Positions 1-8,753 of a DNA stretch of 64,000 nucleotides are shown here, piece after piece (within the stretch, counting starts at the first letter, position 1; the number at the start of each line of letters is the position of its first letter). The notes under the pieces are model-generated. The model saw only the letters and a program-made list of their open reading frames with translations. It had not been told where the DNA came from and did no database searches. Source of the stretch: Phycisphaerales bacterium (GTDB lineage Bacteria; Planctomycetota; Phycisphaerae; Phycisphaerales; UBA1924); contig OZ245777.1 of NCBI GenBank assembly GCA_965227775.1, positions 1,728,001 to 1,792,000 of the forward strand, written 5' to 3'. The position numbers were made by a program, and so were the translations under genes.

Positions 1-2
1 AG

Positions 3-653
3 CCCGTGTGGTCGCCCTCGTTCATCGGCGCGCCGCTGTCGGCGCCGGTGGGGGAGGATCGGTGCCACTTGAACGGGCTTGCGGGCGACCCAGCAACCGG
101 CGAGCCCAGGTACGCCACGGCGGTCAGCAAGAGCGACGTGGCCGACGGCTGGCGCGACCGGCGCGACGGTGGGGGCGTGCTCATCGACGTTCGCTCGGGC
201 GACATCGTGGCGGAAGGTCTGAGCATGCCGCACTCGCCGCGCATGCACCCGGCCCACCCGGACAAGGTGTGGCTGGTCAACGCGGGCACGGGGTTCTTCG
301 GCTACGTCGATCTCAAGAGCGGGTCGTTCGAGAACGTGGCGTTCTGCCCGGGTTTTGCGCGCGGGCTGACGTTCGAGGGCGAGCACGCCGTCGTTGGTCT
401 CTCGGCGGCCCGCAAGAACCGGACGTTCGAGGGGCTGCCCCTGCAAGAGAATTTGAAGGCGAAAGACGCCGAAGCGCGGTGCGCTCTGCACGTGATCAAC
501 CTGGCAACGGGCACCACCGACCACTGGCTGCGGCTTGAGGGGGTGGTACGCGAGCTCTACGACGTGATCACGCTGCCCGGCGTGCGGCGGCCGATGCTTC
601 TGGGCTTCAAGTCCGACGAGATCCGCCGGATGCTGCGGATCGAGGAGCCCTAG
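3..653 (+). CDS. TIGR03032/DUF4915 family protein (5'-truncated by window edge)
   Basis: Motifs DRCHLNGLA, LSMPHSPR, FCPGFARGL, VRELYDV; frame open from window start. Confidence 0.8.
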   Translation, partial: PVWSPSFIGAPLSAPVGEDRCHLNGLAGDPATGEPRYATAVSKSDVADGWRDRRDGGGVLIDVRSGDIVAEGLSMPHSPRMHPAHPDKVWLVNAGTGFFGYVDLKSGSFENVAFCPGFARGLTFEGEHAVVGLSAARKNRTFEGLPLQENLKAKDAEARCALHVINLATGTTDHWLRLEGVVRELYDVITLPGVRRPMLLGFKSDEIRRMLRIEEP

Positions 654-660
654 GGGCGTC

Positions 661-825
661 TTAGCAGCCGGCGTCGAACTCGTTCTGGAACGCGAGGAAG
701 TCGAAGATAGTCAGCTCGCCATCGCCGTCGAAGTCGGCAATGAGATCGCCGGCGTCAAACAGGTTCTGGTACGCGAGGAAGTCGAAGATCGTGAGCTCAC
801 CATCGCCGTCCAGATCGACCCGGCA
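661..825 (-). repeat. GC-type dockerin coding cassette, copy 1 (165 nt including stop)
   Basis: Highly similar to 8589-8753, 10067-10231 and 11910-12074. Confidence 0.9.
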
Positions 826-1434
826 GGTATCGACCAGCACGAGCACGAGCTGCGGGTGGAGCGCGGGATCGGAGAACTCGAGACTGTGGAAGTAACCATA
901 CCGCGAGGCGCCAGCGGTGCTCTCGCGGAGCTGGGCCACGGCGAATCCGTTGTTGGCGGCGCCGTCGGCAATGGCTTTCACCAGGCCGGTTACGTCATAG
1001 TCAAGCCAGCCCGTGCTGAAGCTGTCACCCACTCGGCTGCTGTCGTTGCCCGCGGCTTCGCCGTTGTCGGGCTTGGTGTTCCAGGTCACCAAGTCGGCAT
1101 CCCAATCGCTCAGCAGAGCAAAGACGTCGTCGCCCAGCCCACCTGCGGCCGGCTCGGTGCGATGCTGGTAGACCCGGAGCGTTGCGCTCTCGACCTGGTC
1201 GGAGCTGGTCAGATCATCGAGTTCGAAATCAAGATACAGCCGGCCGAAGCCCAGCCCCCAGAATCTGCCCTTGCCCGCGGCGAGCTCCTCGGCCGAGCCG
1301 AAGTTCGTGTCGGGCATCGAACTCTCGACGTAGGTGTCGGAGGTGGCGATGCGGGTCTCATCCTGAGCAAGACAAGCCGTCGCGGCGGCGCAAAGGGTCG
1401 AGATCGCCAGCACGTGGGAAACTTTCGAGGGCAT
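661..1434 (-). CDS. Secreted DNRLRE (CBM96-like) domain protein with C-terminal GC-type dockerin
   Basis: Signal peptide; DTYV..PDTNFG, LYLDFEL, SATLRVY, WNTKP, DVTGLV, PQLV pattern; C-terminal DLDGDGELTIFDFL x2 ending in GC; GGAGG RBS. Confidence 0.8.
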   Translation of the reverse strand: MPSKVSHVLAISTLCAAATACLAQDETRIATSDTYVESSMPDTNFGSAEELAAGKGRFWGLGFGRLYLDFELDDLTSSDQVESATLRVYQHRTEPAAGGLGDDVFALLSDWDADLVTWNTKPDNGEAAGNDSSRVGDSFSTGWLDYDVTGLVKAIADGAANNGFAVAQLRESTAGASRYGYFHSLEFSDPALHPQLVLVLVDTCRVDLDGDGELTIFDFLAYQNLFDAGDLIADFDGDGELTIFDFLAFQNEFDAGC

Positions 1435-1546
1435 GGTGCATCCTCCGTAGGGTTCGATCGCAATACTCTCTCAGGTAGAGATACACATGCCCGGCGGCGG
1501 GCGTGACCACTTGCCCGAGCGGCTCCGGACTCCCGCGAGGTGTTCC

Positions 1547-3346
1547 ATGATGCACACAGTTCCGCGAACGTGCGTTGCCATGGTGCTGGCGGTCTGCTCG
1601 GTAGCGTTTTCCACGACTGTGTCGCGAGCGCAACCGAACGCACTCCGCACCGAAGTATCCGAGAGGCTATCGGATGTTCGCGAGCGGGCGCCCGCCGAGA
1701 TCGCCTCGGACGAGGGCCGAGACGGGCTTCTGGCCGAGCTCGACCGGCTCCTAACGACGATGGGGACGCACGGGACCAAGCGGGACGAGACCCTGCTGGG
1801 CGAGGTTGCCCGCCTTCGCCGCAGCGTCTCCCTGGCCGGCAGCGTTCCTGCGGATGCACGCGCTACGTGGCTGGCGTATCTCTCTCGCGATGATGGACCC
1901 GGCTTGACGCTCGTGCACGCGGTCGTACCGGCGGATCGGACGATCGGCGTACTGGAGACCCTCGGCGAGCTTCGTGCGTCGTTTGGTGATGAGAAGGTCG
2001 GCCGATATCCGTCGCTCGTTGCAGCGTTGTGCATCGTGCATGACGGCGAAGACCCATTCAAGCGACGCGTCAACGAGAACTCGGCAGTATCGGCCGGCCC
2101 GGTCGCTCTGTTTGAGTACTACACGAGCAATGAGCGCCAGATGCTCTTCGGCCTACGCAACGTGCCGCCCGAGCTCTTGGCGTACGTGGTCGACGCGGCG
2201 GCGAGCATCGACGAGCTTCGCTGGGCGCTCAACGAGCATCGTGGCGATCGGGCGGTGGGGGAGCGGTTCTTCGACATCGACTACGACCACGAGCATGCGC
2301 GCAGCGGTAGGGCGAAGCAGGTGACCGAGCGCGGCTTCACGATCCAGAACATCCGCGAGTACGGCGGCGTGTGCGCCGATCAGTGCCACTACGCCGTGAC
2401 GGTTGGCAAGGCCATCGGCGTGCCAACGGCGTACGTGACCGGTCGTGGCGGCGAGGTCGGCCACGCGTGGGTCGGCTACCTCGAGTCCCAGGGCCGCCGC
2501 GCGCGGTGGAACTTTGACGTCGGCCGTTACGACGAATACCAGGGCGTGCTCGGCAGCGTGATGGATCCGCAGACGCGAAGCACGATCGGCGACGATGAGC
2601 TCGGGTTGCTGGCGCGGCTCGCGTCAGTAAATGAACGCCAGCGGCACGCGGCGACGGCGTGGCTCGATGCGGCTGAGGTGCTGCAGGCCGGCGTCCAGCC
2701 AATTGACCTCGAGACGCCCCGCCGAGTGGGAACGAACCGCACGGGCCACAGCGGTGTGCTCGAGCTGGCAGAGATGGCCCTGCGAGAGAACCCCGCCGAT
2801 CGCCGGGGCTGGGCGATCGTGGCGGAGGCCGTGACCGATCCCGCGATGTCGATGGCCGACCGCGTGCGATGGTCGAACGTGATCATCCGCCTGTGCGACG
2901 AAGCCGGGGCTGAGCATTTTATGGTGGGCATGATCGAACCCATGGTGGCGTCGATGGACGATCCCAAGGACCGCATCGCCACGTGGGAGCGCGTGCTCAA
3001 TCACGTGAAAACGAAGAAGGACCTACGCGCCCGCATCCGAATGACGCAGGCGGCCGATGCGATCGAGCGGGGCGACAAGCACGGCGCGTATCTTGCGTAC
3101 CAGGACGTGATCGACTCATCGCTGAACGAGACACAGATGTCCAGGTACGCCGTAGCCGGTGCTGTGGGCATGCTGGAGCAAGCCGGCAAGCATCGTGAAG
3201 CGGCGACGCTGCTAGGCGACGTTCTCAAGCGGGTCGATCGCCCGACCCATGCGGCCGCGTTCTCGCGCGGCAGCAACTACTACGCGATCCGGGCGATGGC
3301 CGAGGCCTACTCGGCCAAGCACGGGGTAGCAGTGGCGGGGCTGTAG
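1547..3346 (+). CDS. Secreted transglutaminase-like (Cys-His-Asp) domain protein with helical C-terminus
   Basis: Signal peptide; GGVCADQ..GVP..GHAWVGY..NFD triad; start chosen at ATG 1547 after GAGG. Confidence 0.7.
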   Translation: MMHTVPRTCVAMVLAVCSVAFSTTVSRAQPNALRTEVSERLSDVRERAPAEIASDEGRDGLLAELDRLLTTMGTHGTKRDETLLGEVARLRRSVSLAGSVPADARATWLAYLSRDDGPGLTLVHAVVPADRTIGVLETLGELRASFGDEKVGRYPSLVAALCIVHDGEDPFKRRVNENSAVSAGPVALFEYYTSNERQMLFGLRNVPPELLAYVVDAAASIDELRWALNEHRGDRAVGERFFDIDYDHEHARSGRAKQVTERGFTIQNIREYGGVCADQCHYAVTVGKAIGVPTAYVTGRGGEVGHAWVGYLESQGRRARWNFDVGRYDEYQGVLGSVMDPQTRSTIGDDELGLLARLASVNERQRHAATAWLDAAEVLQAGVQPIDLETPRRVGTNRTGHSGVLELAEMALRENPADRRGWAIVAEAVTDPAMSMADRVRWSNVIIRLCDEAGAEHFMVGMIEPMVASMDDPKDRIATWERVLNHVKTKKDLRARIRMTQAADAIERGDKHGAYLAYQDVIDSSLNETQMSRYAVAGAVGMLEQAGKHREAATLLGDVLKRVDRPTHAAAFSRGSNYYAIRAMAEAYSAKHGVAVAGL

Positions 3347-3404
3347 TCGGTTGGCTTGGCTCTGGGCCCCTATCCTGCCCGAGTAGACGAGCAGGAGACC
3401 CCGC

Positions 3405-4667
3405 ATGACCGCCACGACCCGCCTGAACACGGGCACCAAGCCCTTCAACGCCCGCACCGATGACATCCTCGCCCAGCTCGAGCAGGGCGGGCAATACAAG
3501 CACCTCCAGATGCTCACCGGGCCGATGGGACCGACGGTCATGCTCCGCGACGACTCCGGCAAGTCCCGCGAGGTCATCTGCATGTGCTCGAACAACTACC
3601 TGGGCCTGGCCAATCACCCCGAGGTGGTTGAGGCGGGCATTGAGGGGCTCCGCAAGTACGGCGCGGGCACGGCGTCGGTCCGCTTCATATGTGGCACGTT
3701 CGATTGTCACGAGACGATCGAGAAGACGATTGCCACCTACATGGGGACCGAGAGCAGCTATACGTTCGTCAGCTGCTGGACGGCAAACGAGGCGATCTAC
3801 CCGACGTTCGCCGAGCCGGGCGACGCATTGATCTCTGACGAGCTCAACCACGCCTGCATCATCGATGGTATCCGACTAGCCGCAGTGATCAAGAAGGGCG
3901 TGGTTAAGGGTGTCTACAAGCACAACGACCTCGCGAACCTGCGCGACAAGCTGGAGGCGGCGCGCGCGAACCCGGATGTCACCGGCCAGATCTGGGTCGT
4001 CACCGACGGAGTCTTCAGCATGGAAGGCGACATCGCCGACCTGCCTGCGCTCCGCACGCTGTGCGATGAGTTCGACGCGATGCTCGTGGTCGACGACAGC
4101 CACGCGCACGGCGTGATGGGCACGACCGGCCGCGGCACGCACGAGCATTTCAACATGTGCCCAGGCGCGCCAGGCCACGACGCGAGCATGGGCGAGGTCG
4201 ACTTCTTCACTGGCACGCTGGGCAAGGGCCTGGGTGGCGGCGCGGGCGGCTTCATCGCGGGCAGCAAGCGCGGCACGGAGCTCATCGTGCAGCGCGGCCG
4301 GCCCACGCTGTTCAGCAACGCCCTGCCTTGCACGGTGGCCTGTAGCGCAAACAAGGCGATCGAGATCGTGCTTCGCGAGCCCGAGCGGGTCAAGGCCTTG
4401 CGCGACATCACCGCGTACGCGCGCCAGCAGATCGGCGGCGCGGGCTTCGAGGTGATCGACTCGCCCACGGCGATCTGCCCCATCATCGTTGGCGAGACGG
4501 CCAAGGCCATCGCGATGAGCAAGCGGTTGCTCGAACTTGGCGTCTTCGTCATTGGCTTTGGGTACCCCGTCGTTCCCGAGGGTGCGGCGCGTCTGCGGCT
4601 GCAGATGTCCGCTGTTCACACCAAGGAGCACGTCGATCAGGTCGTTGACGCGCTCAAGAAGCTCTAG
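3405..4667 (+). CDS. kbl: Glycine C-acetyltransferase (2-amino-3-ketobutyrate CoA ligase)
   Basis: CSNNYLGLA, SVRFICGT, SDELNHA, DGVFSMEG, VDDSH, TLGK PLP lysine, YPVVPEGAARLR. Confidence 0.85.
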   Translation: MTATTRLNTGTKPFNARTDDILAQLEQGGQYKHLQMLTGPMGPTVMLRDDSGKSREVICMCSNNYLGLANHPEVVEAGIEGLRKYGAGTASVRFICGTFDCHETIEKTIATYMGTESSYTFVSCWTANEAIYPTFAEPGDALISDELNHACIIDGIRLAAVIKKGVVKGVYKHNDLANLRDKLEAARANPDVTGQIWVVTDGVFSMEGDIADLPALRTLCDEFDAMLVVDDSHAHGVMGTTGRGTHEHFNMCPGAPGHDASMGEVDFFTGTLGKGLGGGAGGFIAGSKRGTELIVQRGRPTLFSNALPCTVACSANKAIEIVLREPERVKALRDITAYARQQIGGAGFEVIDSPTAICPIIVGETAKAIAMSKRLLELGVFVIGFGYPVVPEGAARLRLQMSAVHTKEHVDQVVDALKKL

Positions 4668-4677
4668 GGCTCTCGCC

Positions 4678-5082
4678 GTGCGGCGCACCAACATCTCCAC
4701 CGGCGGCCCATGGGAAGCCACGAACGGCTACAGCCGCTGCGTCAAGATCGAGCACGACACCCACACCGACTTCTTCTTTGCTGGCACGACAGCCGTCAAT
4801 GCCGACGGCACGATCGCTTGCGAGGGTGACGCCGGCGGGCAGGCGTCGGCGATCATCGAGCGCATCGGCGGCGTCCTCCGCGAGCATGGGGCCAGCCTCG
4901 AGCACGTGGTCGCGACGCGGCTGTACGTGACCGATCCGGCGCACGCCGAGGCAGTGGGGCAGGCGCACGGCGTTGCTTTCGGAGCCATCCTGCCCGCCGC
5001 AACGCTGCTGGTCATCGCTGGGCTCGTGGATCCTCGGATGCTCGTGGAGATCGAGGTGCACGCGGTGGCGCCGCGCGGCTGA
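4678..5082 (+). CDS. Rid/YjgF/UK114 family protein
   Basis: ISTGGPWE..GYSR, AGTT, LVDPRMLVEIE; GTG start just after the kbl stop. Confidence 0.85.
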   Translation: MRRTNISTGGPWEATNGYSRCVKIEHDTHTDFFFAGTTAVNADGTIACEGDAGGQASAIIERIGGVLREHGASLEHVVATRLYVTDPAHAEAVGQAHGVAFGAILPAATLLVIAGLVDPRMLVEIEVHAVAPRG

Positions 5083-5586
5083 TAATCTCAGGCGCTGGGC
5101 CACTCTCCACTCGACACCAAGAGTCGGCAGGATGAACCCAGCAGTGACACATCGGTGAACCGCAGGGCTTGCGGTGCATCGATGGGTCCGACGATGCTCG
5201 CTTCCTAATAGCACGAACGCGCCGCGGCTCTTGTACGCGGCGCATGCCCAGAGGCGGCCGACTTGCTCTGTACCTTCTACGAGCCCATGCATTATCGAGA
5301 TCTTAACGTGTGAATCCTGCGGGTTCATGAAGCGGCGTTCATCACTGAGCGATCACATAATCCTGGGTGTTTCTGTGGAGTTGGGGAGCGACATGCTGCC
5401 ACAAATCTGAGTGGGATTTTGCGACATTGTGTAGAACAAGCTTGTGATTCGTGTGCACTAGGACATCCTGTAGCTGTTTCAGTTTGAGTCGGCACGGTTG
5501 ATTTCAGTACAGTCTCCAAAGAACCGGATCAAGGCAACGGCTTTGAACGAGTTCGAATGAGTGTTCTGTCTGCGAAGGAGACAAAC

Positions 5587-6834
5587 GTGAAGTCAGTGGT
5601 ACCAAAGAGAGTAATTGGTCTTTCAATGATTGCTGGTGCGTTGATCGCTTCGTCCGTCGCAGCGCAATGCGACGCCGAGGAGATTCCCGGTGCGACCCTC
5701 GCCGTTGCGGCGCAGGGGACGCCGCCTTTCCTGCTGACGAACTACTTGTCGGACGGGGAGTGCTTCCGGGAGTACCACACGCGTGCCGATGCGCACGCGA
5801 TCTCGTCCGGCGTGTACTTCGCGAAGAAGGAGGATCCTGGCTATGGCGGCCAGCCCACGCCCTACGAGGGGTTCATTGAGAAGACGGTCGCGCAGATCGA
5901 GAGCAAGCTGCAGACGCACATCAACAACGATCTCGGCTGGGCCAATGGCCAGAATCTTGGCTATTCCGGGATCATCACGATTGACATCGAGAATGCAGCC
6001 AACCCGACACAGATCACGACCCGCTTTGCCGAGCTGGCCGCTGATCCCGATTACGACTTCGCCGACCTCCAGGCGTACTGGTCCCGCTGCATCCAGGCGA
6101 CCCGCAACAAGTTCCCGTGCGCGACGATTCTCTGGTGGGGCATCGGCTCGCCAAACCTGACCGGCAACGCGTTCGATCCCGCGGTCACCGACGGGCGAAT
6201 CCAGCTCTGGGCCGAGACGCTCGAGAACTTCGATTTCACCGACCTTGACGGCCTTGCTCCCCGCGTATATGCAGGCTGGGGTCCTGATGACTTCGCAACA
6301 ACAGCGCTTCTCAAGGAGCGCTACGAGGACATCGCCGATGCGGCCGTCGAGAACTTCGACAACATCATCGACTACGCGGTCTCGGGGCCGTACTCACGCA
6401 GCCACTTGGAGTTCGCTCCGCACTTCTCGTTGCTGATTTATCACGGTGGCACTACGCCCTCGTTACACAATGAGCAGTTCCTCTTGGAAAGTGATGTGGA
6501 TCCCACGCTTGAGAACACCCTTGAGCCGCAGTTTGAGATTGTCGAGGCCCATGCGGATCACTTGATATCGGTCATCTGGACGCCGAAGACGTATCACGAG
6601 AATGCCACGCTTCCCGGTGTGTCCTTTAATGTCAAGGACAATCTCGAATTTCTTCGTTGCCTGCTTGATTACGACGGCGATGGTACAAGGGATGCGAGCG
6701 ACTTCGCGGAGTTCTTGAGCTACTTCAATGGGGCGACTCCCGCCTCTTGTGCCGATCTAGATCGCGACGCGTCTGTAGATATTTTTGATTACCTGATGGC
6801 TCAGACCGCATTGAACAGTGCGTGTCCGAACTGA
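5587..6834 (+). CDS. Secreted protein, putative GH56/hyaluronidase-like TIM barrel, with divergent dockerin tail
   Basis: AAGGAG RBS then GTG 5587; signal peptide; YSGIITIDIE; C-terminal DYDGDG..DF / DLDRD..DIFDYL..CP. Confidence 0.6.
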   Translation: MKSVVPKRVIGLSMIAGALIASSVAAQCDAEEIPGATLAVAAQGTPPFLLTNYLSDGECFREYHTRADAHAISSGVYFAKKEDPGYGGQPTPYEGFIEKTVAQIESKLQTHINNDLGWANGQNLGYSGIITIDIENAANPTQITTRFAELAADPDYDFADLQAYWSRCIQATRNKFPCATILWWGIGSPNLTGNAFDPAVTDGRIQLWAETLENFDFTDLDGLAPRVYAGWGPDDFATTALLKERYEDIADAAVENFDNIIDYAVSGPYSRSHLEFAPHFSLLIYHGGTTPSLHNEQFLLESDVDPTLENTLEPQFEIVEAHADHLISVIWTPKTYHENATLPGVSFNVKDNLEFLRCLLDYDGDGTRDASDFAEFLSYFNGATPASCADLDRDASVDIFDYLMAQTALNSACPN

Positions 6835-6861
6835 TGGACGTGTGATCGAGAGAATCACCGG

Positions 6862-6889
6862 CGGCGGCTCCGAACAGTCGGAGCCGCCG
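6862..6889. terminator. 12-bp perfect hairpin between convergent genes, probable terminator
   Basis: cggcggctccga-acag-tcggagccgccg. Confidence 0.65.
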
Positions 6890-6945
6890 TTGTCGTATGG
6901 CGCGAGGCAGTGCTCGCTGTCACGCGACTCCTGCATGGACGCCCG

Positions 6946-7188
6946 TCAATCGCCAGTCAGATCGATGCCGATGTCCTGGAGCGTGAGCCCAAACACCACC
7001 ATTCCGAAGACCAGCGTTAGCAGCAAGCAGAACAGGAACACCGGCAGGATGATCAGGCCGACGATCCGGCTGGCCTTGGGCCCCAGCGTCTTGGATTTGC
7101 CAAGCTGCAACTCGCCCTTCACGAGGGAGGCCCACAGCAGCGATCCGGAAATGATCGTGCCGATGGCGGCGAAGATGGCGAGCAGCAT
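6946..7188 (-). CDS. Small two-TM membrane protein (80 aa)
   Basis: Two hydrophobic segments; purine-rich sequence upstream of ATG 7188. Confidence 0.6.
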   Translation of the reverse strand: MLLAIFAAIGTIISGSLLWASLVKGELQLGKSKTLGPKASRIVGLIILPVFLFCLLLTLVFGMVVFGLTLQDIGIDLTGD

Positions 7189-7232
7189 GCCTGTTCCCCC
7201 TGGCGGCTGGTTCCGCTCACGATAGACCGAGT

Positions 7233-7613
7233 TCACCGAAGGTGCGGCAACACCCGTTGCTCGAGCAAGCGGATGAGTTCCGGGTCCATCTCGTGGTACC
7301 GATCGGCAATATCCAGGCACACAACCCGAGCGCTGCCGAGCACATCGCGAAACCTTGTTGCAAGCTTCTTCTTGTGCACGGGCTCCATAACGAAGATGAC
7401 ATCTGCCCACTCTACCAGCTCGACCGAGACAACGGTGACCGCGTCGTTGCTCAGGCCGGCGGAGAGGCAGTCGATGCCGGGATAGTCGGCGAAGATCTGC
7501 TCTGCTGTCGGGCTGCGCCACTTGTTCTTGCTGCATACGAAGAGCACACGGGTCTTGGGCTCGGGTGCGCCGGCGCCTTCGGCTTGCTGTTGTGATGGTG
7601 GGGCGGGATCCAT
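7233..7613 (-). CDS. Low-molecular-weight protein tyrosine phosphatase family protein
   Basis: VLFVCSKNKWRSPTAE (CX5R), SAG, WADVIFVME. Confidence 0.85.
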   Translation of the reverse strand: MDPAPPSQQQAEGAGAPEPKTRVLFVCSKNKWRSPTAEQIFADYPGIDCLSAGLSNDAVTVVSVELVEWADVIFVMEPVHKKKLATRFRDVLGSARVVCLDIADRYHEMDPELIRLLEQRVLPHLR

Positions 7614-7661
7614 GTTGGTCTCTTCGACAGTGCGCGGTGAGCGTGCTGGTGCTGTCGTCGT

Positions 7662-8480
7662 CTAGCGGCCTTGTCCGCACTCGGGGCAGCCCGGCCGCGT
7701 CTGGCCGGCCAGTGCGTAGCCGCACGCGGTGCAGCGGCCCAGCGCCCTTCGCGCAGCGCGCCGGGCGGCGCCGGGAGCGTACAGGACCATGCCCCAAAGC
7801 ACCGCGAAGCAGATCGTGTTGATTGCTAGGCCTGGTAATAGAAGCTTCCGTGGGAGATTGAGTGGATCTGGCGGCGCGTTGCCGGCCGACTGGCTTCCGC
7901 GAGGCCATGGGATCGCCAGCGCGTCGCGCACCTCGTATCGCAGGCCCATCCCCGGCGGCATTCCAGGGGATCCGTCCTCGGACGCGAACGAGTCATACCG
8001 GGTGGTGGAGCGCAGCGCCGGCATCGGCCAGCCGGCGGCAAAGAGCGTAAGCGACGTGCGCACGTCGGTGATATCGGGCACCGGTTCGGGAGGGGCCTGC
8101 GCCGCGAGGTCGTCGAGGCGGCCGATGATCGTGGGCATCGGAGTCGGCGGAGAACTGGCGGCCGCGAACGCCCACACCCCTTCGTCGTACGCGGCGCCGC
8201 CGATCGACTCGATCTCACGCGCCGCTTCGGGCCAGTAGTCGGCACCAAACGAGAGGTTCGCCGTGTCCCGAAGCTCCCAACGCTCGACGACCTGCCCGAA
8301 TCTCCGGTGCCGGTGCACGCGCTGGATGACGCCGTCTACCACCGCGACGCCAGTCTGCATGTGTGAAATGCCCTGCGGCCGCAGCTTCACGTGCACGACC
8401 GCACCCCACGCCACAGCGACCGTGGTCGTGAGGCCAAGGATCAAGCTCAACAGACAGCGGCGGATGAGACGCCAAGGCAC
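7662..8480 (-). CDS. Membrane protein with C-terminal zinc ribbon
   Basis: N- and C-terminal TM segments, GWP motif, CTACGY..CPECG. Confidence 0.7.
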   Translation of the reverse strand: MPWRLIRRCLLSLILGLTTTVAVAWGAVVHVKLRPQGISHMQTGVAVVDGVIQRVHRHRRFGQVVERWELRDTANLSFGADYWPEAAREIESIGGAAYDEGVWAFAAASSPPTPMPTIIGRLDDLAAQAPPEPVPDITDVRTSLTLFAAGWPMPALRSTTRYDSFASEDGSPGMPPGMGLRYEVRDALAIPWPRGSQSAGNAPPDPLNLPRKLLLPGLAINTICFAVLWGMVLYAPGAARRAARRALGRCTACGYALAGQTRPGCPECGQGR

Positions 8481-8588
8481 ACGAGAGCATACCCGTCACT
8501 GCTACTTCGGGTTGCGGTGCAGTGACTTGTGGACTCGTCGCCGTTCGATGCCGGTGGCGAGCCAGCACAATCTTTTCCCAGAAAGCGC

Positions 8589-8753
8589 TCAGCAGCCCGC
8601 ATCGAACGCGTTCTGGAACGCGAGGAAGTCGAAGATTGTCAGGTTGCCATCGGCGTCGAAGTCGGCGATGAGGTCACCTGAATCGAACAAGTTCTGGAAA
8701 CTGAGGAAGTCGAAGATCGTGAGCTCACCGTCGCCGTCGAGATCGGCTTGGCA
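8589..8753 (-). repeat. GC-type dockerin cassette, copy 2
   Basis: CQADLDGDGELTIFDFL..ADFDADGNLTIFDFLAFQNAFDAGC. Confidence 0.9.

Noticed and set aside
4654..5410. ORFs 4654-5328 (-) and 5174-5410 (+)
   Set aside because: Overlap the Rid gene or lack an RBS and recognisable features; not supportable as genes
7233..7613. LMW phosphatase as antagonist of the Ser/Thr kinase
   Set aside because: This family acts on pTyr/pArg or arsenate and lies about 7 kb away; proximity is the only link
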